From a virus (Duplodnaviria; Caudoviricetes): a DNA stretch of 26,591 nucleotides. Below are positions 1-7,051 of the stretch, in pieces. Numbering within the stretch: the stretch's first letter is position 1; each line of letters starts with the position of its first letter. The notes beneath the pieces were generated by a model. It was not told the DNA's origin. It saw only the letters and a list, made by a program, of their open reading frames with translations, and did not search any database. The stretch covers positions 1 to 26,591 of the IMG/VR virus record IMGVR_UViG_3300043416_000156. One strand, given 5' to 3'. A program made the position numbers and the translations under genes.

Positions 1-26
1 GTCCATCCAGCCGTTTCGTTCTTCAT
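1..26 (-). CDS. 5' fragment of the next late gene (MKNETAGW...), truncated by the window edge
   Basis: ATG at 26-24 overlaps the TGA of ORF 23..757 (ATGA coupling, common in this window); frame stays open to the window edge. Confidence 0.5.
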
Positions 27-757
27 GCCATTTCCTTTAGTTGAAGTGCCGTTTCTTGCATAAGCCCGTCACCGAAAAATGCGATCTCCGCATCCTGAGT
101 TGTGATGAATTGTTCCATCTCAATCGCTGCCTGTAGCATCTGCTTTGTGGTCTGAAATACTCGGTTTCCAGCTTTCACCATAATTTTAGCTTGTTCTTTG
201 CCCAAATGCGCCCCAGCATGGCGGTCAGTCGTAAATGAGCAATCCATGCCGTGGATGTTGAACCGCCGATAGCCAAGCGCCGCCATGACGTTCATCGCCC
301 GCTGTCCGACCGAACTGCCGCCGCCAATCATGCTGTTTGCGCCCTCGGGATGGTTTTGCATCACCCATGCCACGGTTTCTAGGTCATCACCGTTGATCAG
401 ATGCCACAACCGCACTTGGCGGCCTTTCAGCACTTCCCAATATTTTGGGTGGCACACGGTCGCCATCAGGTAAATGGTCTTGGCCTGCGGGTTTTGCAGC
501 ATCCGCGCCTTGTGTTCCCGAGGGTCACAGTCCACATGGAAATCCGGCACGATTCCGCGCCTGACAAGGTAGTCGTGCGCCCCTGACACCGTGACAATGG
601 GCCGCTTTATCAGCTTCCATGTGTCCGCAAGGCTTGGGCCGTAACAGACAATGGATGCCCATTTATCATTAAATTTGAACCTTTTCTTAAGCATTTGCCC
701 ATGTGCTTGCGACATTTGGGCATGGCGCTCGGCGTTACTCAGGACACCTTGTAGCAT
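23..757 (-). CDS. Maf/MptE-like (DUF115, MAF_flag10) domain protein, putative glycosyltransferase
   Basis: Motifs VCYGPSL, SGAHDYLVRRGIVPDFHVDCDP, CHP, LWH, IGGGSSVGQRA, LGYRRFNIHGMDCS match the GPS..PD..DP..G.D pattern of DUF115/Maf; clear paralog of the N-domain of 1179..2819. Confidence 0.8.
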   Translation of the reverse strand: MLQGVLSNAERHAQMSQAHGQMLKKRFKFNDKWASIVCYGPSLADTWKLIKRPIVTVSGAHDYLVRRGIVPDFHVDCDPREHKARMLQNPQAKTIYLMATVCHPKYWEVLKGRQVRLWHLINGDDLETVAWVMQNHPEGANSMIGGGSSVGQRAMNVMAALGYRRFNIHGMDCSFTTDRHAGAHLGKEQAKIMVKAGNRVFQTTKQMLQAAIEMEQFITTQDAEIAFFGDGLMQETALQLKEMA

Positions 758-1251
758 TCAACCCTCATGTCTCGGAATGGAAAATGATAGCGCGGGTCAA
801 AAAATTCGATGCGCTCCATGCCCACCGATTGCAACATTTGGCGCAACGGGGATTCAAACCAACCCCACCGGTGGCACATGGCAGGGTCTTTATATTTGGG
901 ATCGCCCCACAAAGCAAATGTGGTCATGAACGGCTGCAATGATTGCTTGTGCACCACGCAATTGTGAATGTAAGCAAACACCTTATCCATGCAAGGCAGT
1001 TCAAGGATCATCTTGCCGCCTGGCTTGAGGACGCGCATCCACTCTGACAGCAGGGCGTGTACTTCCCATTCGTAGAAATGCTCCAGCACATGAATGGCAG
1101 CAACCGCATCGGCTGAGTTGCTGGCAAGTTCCAGCTTACGCAAGTCGCATTTGATGTCCGATGTTTCGGAATAGAGGTCTACGTTGACCCAGCCGTTCCA
1201 ATGCTTTTTTCCGCATCCAAGGTTGTAGGCCGTTTCGTAATCGTCTTCCAT
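739..1251 (-). CDS. Class I SAM-dependent methyltransferase (Methyltransf_11-like)
   Basis: YNLGCG motif I, VNVD, HVLEHF, RVLKPGG; start moved to MEDDY (ATG at 1251) because upstream starts lie deep within the previous gene. Confidence 0.85.
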   Translation of the reverse strand: MEDDYETAYNLGCGKKHWNGWVNVDLYSETSDIKCDLRKLELASNSADAVAAIHVLEHFYEWEVHALLSEWMRVLKPGGKMILELPCMDKVFAYIHNCVVHKQSLQPFMTTFALWGDPKYKDPAMCHRWGWFESPLRQMLQSVGMERIEFFDPRYHFPFRDMRVECYKVS

Positions 1252-2819
1252 GCATCGATCACTGTTTGCGGCCCATATTTTTCCATCACGAATTGTTGCG
1301 CCGCCAAGATATTGCTCGACAAGTTCCGCTTTGTTGTCCATTCGATGCCCTCTTTGATGTTGCCAATCCAAATGCCAGGAAAACCCTCCAATGCTGGATG
1401 CGGCTCTGCGACTACAAAACAACCTTGACGGGTTGCCTCAATTGCCCGATTTGGGCTTTTGTAGGTATCGGTGGCGGGTATTACCACAATGTCAGCGCGG
1501 GCAAATTCTTCCAGCATGGTTTCGTGCGACCAAGGAATTGCACCGCCAAAGTTAGACACCACCCGCAGCGGATAATGCTCAATGTCCGGCAGGATGCGCT
1601 GTAGGCTCTGCTTGTTGACGGCGTGCCCGTACCACAGCAGATTTACGCCGTTGCAGTGCGGCGGCATCTCATCGTACTCAAACGGGTCAGGAATGACCAC
1701 GGCCTCTTTGCCCAATGCCTTGATGCGCTTTGCCATCTCTTGGGTTGGGCAAGTCACCACATCAGCAATCCGCAGCGCCTCGGTGTAGTGCATCCAATCA
1801 AAATGGTCATCGCAAAAGTCCACAATCACCCGTGCGCCACGCGCCTTGGCCTGCGCCATGTCCATCAGTTCTTTTGCCTGCGGCTTGGCAAACACCAATG
1901 TGCCTGCGGTGAAGTTGTTGAGGGTTGCCCAATCTCCCGCCGGTATCTTGGCCCTGTAGCGCCAGCTTGCCGACCAATGATCACCAAAATGGATAAACGA
2001 AACCTGATCATTCTGCTGCGCTTGGGTGTTGATGATGTCGCCCAATGTCATCATGTTTTCTTCCCTTTTGCGGATAATGGCTTGGATCAGACCGTGCCCA
2101 TGACCATTGAACGCCGCATCCGGTAGGTAATCGTAGTAGGTTTGGAAATGCTCGGCTTGCAGCGCCATTGCCGTGTTGCAGTAGAAAGTCTCGCCATCAG
2201 GGTCAATCCTGACTTCAATAAGTTTGTCGCCGTCCTTGAGGCCATCGCCGTTAACCCGCAACGTGTCGCCGGTGTTGCAGGAATCAAACCCAAACAGTTC
2301 AAACTGGCGGTATCCAAGGACGTAGAACAGCGAAATGGCCCGCAGGCCGGAGGTAGTGCCACCGCCAATCAGCATGACGTTTGCAGGGCGCGTTTGGCCC
2401 TTCATCACATATGGATGCCACAGGGTTACATCGCAGCCCGCAAGGTTGTCAAACATTGCCGGATGGCATTGTGATGCGATCATGTACCGCACAGCCTTAT
2501 GAGGCTTGTAGAACGCAATCCGATGCTCTTGCGGGTCGATTGCTAGGGCGTAATCAGGAATCACGCCGTTGTTGATTAGCCAATCGTGTGCGCCCTTGAT
2601 GGCAACAACCGGCGCACCGGTTGCTTGCATTTTCTTGATGAGTTCTATTTGCCCTCGAACACTTGGTGCGCTTGCCACCAGTAGGATCGGGCCGGTCTTT
2701 ATGTCTTGCTGACTTGTGATCTGTGGATAACCACGCGCAATTGCAGCATCCATGTGCGCAAATAGCGTGTTGTCATCCGCAACACATTGACCGGTGACTT
2801 TAAGGGGTAAAAAACTCAT
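1179..2819 (-). CDS. Fusion of an N-terminal Maf/MptE-like (DUF115) domain and a C-terminal GT-B-like glycosyltransferase domain
   Basis: N-half: VASAPSV, KGAHDWL..GVIPDY..DP, IGGGTTSGLRA, LGYRQFELFGFDSC. C-half: SWRYRA, VIVDFCDD, ADVVTCPT, VIPD, LLWYG, ADIVVIP, KSPNRAIEA..G, as in GT4-like enzymes. Confidence 0.8.
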   Translation of the reverse strand: MSFLPLKVTGQCVADDNTLFAHMDAAIARGYPQITSQQDIKTGPILLVASAPSVRGQIELIKKMQATGAPVVAIKGAHDWLINNGVIPDYALAIDPQEHRIAFYKPHKAVRYMIASQCHPAMFDNLAGCDVTLWHPYVMKGQTRPANVMLIGGGTTSGLRAISLFYVLGYRQFELFGFDSCNTGDTLRVNGDGLKDGDKLIEVRIDPDGETFYCNTAMALQAEHFQTYYDYLPDAAFNGHGHGLIQAIIRKREENMMTLGDIINTQAQQNDQVSFIHFGDHWSASWRYRAKIPAGDWATLNNFTAGTLVFAKPQAKELMDMAQAKARGARVIVDFCDDHFDWMHYTEALRIADVVTCPTQEMAKRIKALGKEAVVIPDPFEYDEMPPHCNGVNLLWYGHAVNKQSLQRILPDIEHYPLRVVSNFGGAIPWSHETMLEEFARADIVVIPATDTYKSPNRAIEATRQGCFVVAEPHPALEGFPGIWIGNIKEGIEWTTKRNLSSNILAAQQFVMEKYGPQTVIDAWKTITKRPTTLDAEKSIGTAGST

Positions 2820-2820
2820 T

Positions 2821-2846
2821 AAGAAAACCCCGCTTCTTTAGCGGGG
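2821..2846 (-). terminator. Rho-independent terminator after the capsid and decoration genes
   Basis: Minus strand CCCCGCT-AAAGA-AGCGGGG (7-bp stem) followed by TTTTCTT, about 10 nt after the stop of 2856..3389. Confidence 0.8.
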
Positions 2847-2855
2847 AATCCGGTT

Positions 2856-3389
2856 TTAGCCTGCTCCGACCATGATCAAGCCAGCATTGTTGACCATGCA
2901 GAATGGTGCAGATGCTGACGTTGCCGAAGTGTTAGCCACAATACCTTGGATGAAACCGGCAGACACGGTAGTGTCGTCCAGCGATCCAGCGGTAGCGGTA
3001 GTGTACAAAGGCACTTTAGGCTGGCAAGCAACCAGCAAGTTAACCTTGAGCATACCGTTTAGACCAACCCAGCCGTAGTAGCTGGAGGCAATCGCGGTTT
3101 GTGCAAAGCCAACCATGTTGAAACCCAGTGCAGCAGCATTGGTGGTGGTCACAGGCACAGCACGCATTACGGGAGTGGTACTCGCCGAATCTGCGTAACT
3201 GGACATGATCACAGCATCAAATGCGCTGATGGTGGATTCGGCGCGAACAAAAATGTACACGCCGTTGTTGGAAGTGCCGACCCGAGTACCAGGGGTAACG
3301 GGGAACAGGGTAGTGGAACCGGCAGACGTAGACGCATAGGTTGCGGTTAAGTCAATGCCAATTTTTCCATCGGTGACGTAATCAGCCAT
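2856..3389 (-). CDS. Putative capsid decoration/cement protein, Ser/Thr-rich
   Basis: Directly follows the major capsid gene, strong GGAG SD, followed by a terminator; beta-rich A/T/S/G composition, YGW motif; about 40 of 177 residues are S/T. Confidence 0.65.
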   Translation of the reverse strand: MADYVTDGKIGIDLTATYASTSAGSTTLFPVTPGTRVGTSNNGVYIFVRAESTISAFDAVIMSSYADSASTTPVMRAVPVTTTNAAALGFNMVGFAQTAIASSYYGWVGLNGMLKVNLLVACQPKVPLYTTATAGSLDDTTVSAGFIQGIVANTSATSASAPFCMVNNAGLIMVGAG

Positions 3390-3399
3390 GATTTTCTCC

Positions 3400-4380
3400 T
3401 TATTCAGTCATGATGCCTTGGAACTGAAGTCCCGAAGCAGTAAGATTACCGGCCCACCCGACGAGCCTGACGATCGCGTCTTGGTTAGTCGACATACGTT
3501 CATCGCCAATTGGGACGAAATTGCGGTTTGCGTGGGGTCGGAAGAAGATGTACTTGCTATTCAAGAAATAGCCAGTCGAGGTGGGAATGTTGCCACCAAT
3601 ACCACCGTCCAACACCACGTCAGCGTTCATAAACTTCGATGCAACAAAGCCGAGTTCAGCCATCTTGCTAGAGCCAGGGAAACGCTGGATGTTTTGCAGG
3701 GAAGACATGAAGAATCCCCACAGGTTGTTATCCAACAAGATCAAGTCAACAACATCGCTACCGCGCGAGGTCTTTGCATACAAACGGTTGAAACCGGTCT
3801 GAATGTTGGAAGACGATGCGGATGCGCCGAGGTCGGTTGAAAAGTCAAACGTCTGATTGCGCCAAAAAGACCATGTGCTGCGATCAATACCACCGACCAC
3901 GCCGGTTGCCGGATTAGCAACCACCATAGCTTGCAGACCAGTGATCTGCTTGCCGTTGTTGGCTGTGCCGTCCGAATAGATACCGGTCGAAATCAAGTTC
4001 TCAATCGATGCCTCGGCAACGTCCAAACGTGCGTCAAACAAATCAATGATTTGTTCTTCGCCGCTGTTTTGGAGCATTTCCAAGCCATTGATGGTGACCG
4101 CAACAGCGGCCTGCTTGATGGGGAACTGAGCCGCGCTGATAACGTCCGCAGGGCTGATGTCCAAGACTTCAGCGCCTGAGTAGTACATTGCGGTACTGTT
4201 TGCTTGGAACGACAATTCTTGCAGAATGGTCGAACCGCCGGTGAACGGCTTGTACCGTCCTTTTTCACGCAGACGGGTCAGCAAAGCATTGTTTTTAGTC
4301 ACGTTATCGGCGACTACGCCGGAACGCGATTCAATGGTTGTTGCCAAAACGTCTGAGTAGTTTGCATTTGCGTATGCCAT
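3400..4380 (-). CDS. Major capsid protein
   Basis: 326 aa, follows the scaffold, AGGAG SD; sequence style of phage capsid proteins (ATTIESRSGVVADNVTKNNALL, DGTANNGKQITGL, GGIDRSTWSFWRNQ). Confidence 0.85.
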   Translation of the reverse strand: MAYANANYSDVLATTIESRSGVVADNVTKNNALLTRLREKGRYKPFTGGSTILQELSFQANSTAMYYSGAEVLDISPADVISAAQFPIKQAAVAVTINGLEMLQNSGEEQIIDLFDARLDVAEASIENLISTGIYSDGTANNGKQITGLQAMVVANPATGVVGGIDRSTWSFWRNQTFDFSTDLGASASSSNIQTGFNRLYAKTSRGSDVVDLILLDNNLWGFFMSSLQNIQRFPGSSKMAELGFVASKFMNADVVLDGGIGGNIPTSTGYFLNSKYIFFRPHANRNFVPIGDERMSTNQDAIVRLVGWAGNLTASGLQFQGIMTE

Positions 4381-4393
4381 GACTAACTCCTAT

Positions 4394-5446
4394 TTAACCG
4401 AAAGACCGTAGCGCATTGGCTATCACGGCCCGCCGGTCGGTTTGATTAATGACGGGGTTTGCGTTGCCACCAGGTGCGCCGCGCACACTTACCGCCGCTG
4501 TTCTTGCTCTCTGCACTTGGGCCTGCGCCTGCGACTGTTGTTGCTGTTGAGCATACAAACTTTGCGCTATTTGCGGATCAAGCCTAGTTGCCGTGTCATA
4601 TGCCAATTGCAATTTCTCGCGTTCTGACATCTGACTTGTGTCCCCTAAAACCTGTGGCGCTTGGAGAAGCTGCAACATCCGATCGGAGACTGCCTCAAAG
4701 TGCAGATTTGCGGGGTCGCTCGCAAACTGCTGGATAACAGAGAGTGCCCTGTTTTCGTTCGATTTCTGCGCTTGGTACTGCTGCTGCGTTATGTGTTGCG
4801 TCAGTTGCTGTACTTGTTGCGCGAGATCATTGTAATGCGAATCCTGCTGAACCGGTGCAGTCCCGCCCAAATGGGCAGAAACTTGGTCAATAGGAATCTG
4901 AAATTGCTGAATCATGTGGGCCACGGCTTGGCTCTTTTGTGCCGGTGTGCCCGTCCGCAGCAAGGCCGCAGTTTGCAACAGGGGAGCAATAGCCTGCGCT
5001 GGCGTAGTGTTTTCGTTCCGCAGAATCCACTCATAAGGCGCAAATTGCTCGGTGATGGCCCGTGCCTCGGCATCCCGTGTTTTGTACTGGCTAATGCCCT
5101 TTTCGTAGTCAGCATCGCGCTGGGCAAAAGCTTGCTGGAGTTCCTGCGGGGCTTTTTCCCAATGATCTTTCAGTTCCAACCGCAGAGATTTGGGCATATC
5201 CACCCGAGGTTTTTCGGGCGTGTTAGGCGCTTGGCTGTCGCTGGTTGGGAATTTGGGCGCAAATTTGCCCTTTTCACGGGGTTGGCTTGGGCTTTTGCCT
5301 TGGTTTGCAGGATCAGATGATGTTTTTGCCAATGCCTCGCGAATCGTATCGGCACGGCTTGGCGGCTCGGCTGGCGCGGGCGCAGGCGCTTCGGGCGTTG
5401 AAACTAATTCGGTCGTGTCGGGTGCGACAACTTCGTTTTCCATCAT
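4394..5446 (-). CDS. Putative capsid scaffolding protein
   Basis: Immediately upstream of the capsid gene; Pro/Glu-rich disordered N-terminus, Gln-rich helical body, short C-terminal helix. Confidence 0.7.
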   Translation of the reverse strand: MMENEVVAPDTTELVSTPEAPAPAPAEPPSRADTIREALAKTSSDPANQGKSPSQPREKGKFAPKFPTSDSQAPNTPEKPRVDMPKSLRLELKDHWEKAPQELQQAFAQRDADYEKGISQYKTRDAEARAITEQFAPYEWILRNENTTPAQAIAPLLQTAALLRTGTPAQKSQAVAHMIQQFQIPIDQVSAHLGGTAPVQQDSHYNDLAQQVQQLTQHITQQQYQAQKSNENRALSVIQQFASDPANLHFEAVSDRMLQLLQAPQVLGDTSQMSEREKLQLAYDTATRLDPQIAQSLYAQQQQQSQAQAQVQRARTAAVSVRGAPGGNANPVINQTDRRAVIANALRSFG

Positions 5447-5868
5447 TTCATCCTTTTCATTTGGTCGAGGGTCATTTTGATCATTTCCTTGCGCTCGGGC
5501 GGCGGTCGGTTGTGTAGCCGATTCGCCATTTCCACGTTCAAGTTGCTACGCTGAGTCGGCGCAATGGGTGCGCCTGGGCGGTCAAATTCCTGCACCCGTG
5601 CTACTTGTCCACGCAAACGGGCGGTGTGTGCCTCTTTTTTCTTTTGCCATTCAGCTTGAGCGTATTTGACATCCGAATGGCCCATCTCAATGGTATCGGT
5701 TGCCTTCAAGTGTTCGCGCCATTGTGCGCGGCCCATGATCATCTGACCGTCCGGCGAGCGGAAAGGCTCAATGTCGCCAAATATCATCATGCGGTCAGCG
5801 GGCGACCCCATGCTTTTCTCATACGGCTCGGAGCCGTCACTCGGGAAAACCCATGTTTCTTTCTTCAT
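5443..5868 (-). CDS. Hypothetical head-module protein
   Basis: 141 aa, ATGA-coupled at both ends; DIEPFRSPDG..I.GRAQWREHLK segment looks conserved. Confidence 0.7.
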   Translation of the reverse strand: MKKETWVFPSDGSEPYEKSMGSPADRMMIFGDIEPFRSPDGQMIMGRAQWREHLKATDTIEMGHSDVKYAQAEWQKKKEAHTARLRGQVARVQEFDRPGAPIAPTQRSNLNVEMANRLHNRPPPERKEMIKMTLDQMKRMK

Positions 5869-6236
5869 AGCATTTCCAACAGTTGTGCGATTTCTTCTTC
5901 ATCACGCCGCAATCTTATCCGAAATTCAAGCTGCCTTACTTTTTCCATCATAGCGGCATAGTCAATCGGGTCACGTGCAGCAATTTCTATTGCTTGAGTC
6001 GGTGCGCTGGTCAGTTCTTCGCGCTCGGCAGGCGGCAAGCCAAACAGGGCTTCGCGCAGCTTTAGCTTGCGTTGTCCTTCAGCCCGCCGGTCAGCGTCCC
6101 ATTGTTGGTCGCGCTTTTTCTCATCAAACCCAAAGTGCCCGCCTAATGGAATTTCTGCCGGTGGCGGTGGTGGTGGCCCACCATCGTAAACGCCGCTAAA
6201 TGGGACTGAGGCAAAGGCTGCAAAGCCAAACATCAA
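5865..6236 (-). CDS. Hypothetical protein (hydrophobic FGFAAFASVPF N-terminus, poly-Pro linker, coiled-coil C-terminus)
   Basis: 123 aa, ATGA overlaps with both neighbours. Confidence 0.7.
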   Translation of the reverse strand: MMFGFAAFASVPFSGVYDGGPPPPPPAEIPLGGHFGFDEKKRDQQWDADRRAEGQRKLKLREALFGLPPAEREELTSAPTQAIEIAARDPIDYAAMMEKVRQLEFRIRLRRDEEEIAQLLEML

Positions 6237-7051
6237 TCACCCCATTTGGCAGCGGGAGTAACCCAAGTCGGTGCGCTTGTCGCATTGCTTTGTAAAACCT
6301 GACCGGCTGTTCCAACTTGACCATTGAATGCAACCGATCCATTGGTGTTTATGGTCATTGCGTCTGTTGTATTGACAGCGCCGTAAATAATAAAACTGAT
6401 TTTTTGATTGTCCCAGCTACCCAAAACTAAAGGGCCACCATAGGATTCAACAAAACTTGCAAGCGGGGTTGAAAATCCATTGTTTGGAAATCCCGCAGCA
6501 GAATAGCTATAGTTTGAGTTGTTTATTCCCAATTCAGCATATGCCGTGTGCCCGCCATCGTTGACCGCATAGCTTGCATATGATGTGTTGGCTGTGCTTG
6601 TGTTTTGTAGGCTGGTGTACAAATAAAGCGGCTCACTTGCAGTAAATCCTGCAATCACGCCAGAATCGGTGTGTGATGTTGCATCTCCTACGTTCAAAGA
6701 ACCGACATTGGTCACGCCTGATGTGTATGGGATCAAAACACGGTTATTTGCGTCTTGATTTACTGATTTTTCTGCGGGGTAGGACACAAACACATCCTTT
6801 GTGCCTGCGCCAAAAACAATTTTGCTGCCGGTACTAGACGAAATCACCGTGTCGCGGGTCAATGTGCCTGCTGAATACGTCCCGATGCCTACTTCCCATT
6901 GGGCATCTAGCGTGATTGTGTAGTAGGTCGTGTTCCCATCGCCTACCGCGCTGAATGACTGAAAGCCGGTAACCGACCCATCTAGCGTAAATGTGCCCGA
7001 TCCCGTTGTCGTGGAAGTCTGTCTGACCCGATCCGCGAGGACAAGGCTCAT
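6233..7051 (-). CDS. Virion fibre/spike-like structural protein
   Basis: N-terminal LADRVRQTSTTTGSGTFTL..WEVGIGTY..LTRDTV anchor typical of phage fibre proteins; T/S/G-rich; GTAGQVLQSN..APTW fibre repeat at the end. Confidence 0.7.
   Translation of the reverse strand: MSLVLADRVRQTSTTTGSGTFTLDGSVTGFQSFSAVGDGNTTYYTITLDAQWEVGIGTYSAGTLTRDTVISSSTGSKIVFGAGTKDVFVSYPAEKSVNQDANNRVLIPYTSGVTNVGSLNVGDATSHTDSGVIAGFTASEPLYLYTSLQNTSTANTSYASYAVNDGGHTAYAELGINNSNYSYSAAGFPNNGFSTPLASFVESYGGPLVLGSWDNQKISFIIYGAVNTTDAMTINTNGSVAFNGQVGTAGQVLQSNATSAPTWVTPAAKWGD

Noticed and set aside
1252-1422. N-terminal extension of the methyltransferase ORF in the track
   Set aside because: Overlaps the conserved GT-B domain of the upstream gene; ATG 1251 puts motif I near the N-terminus as expected
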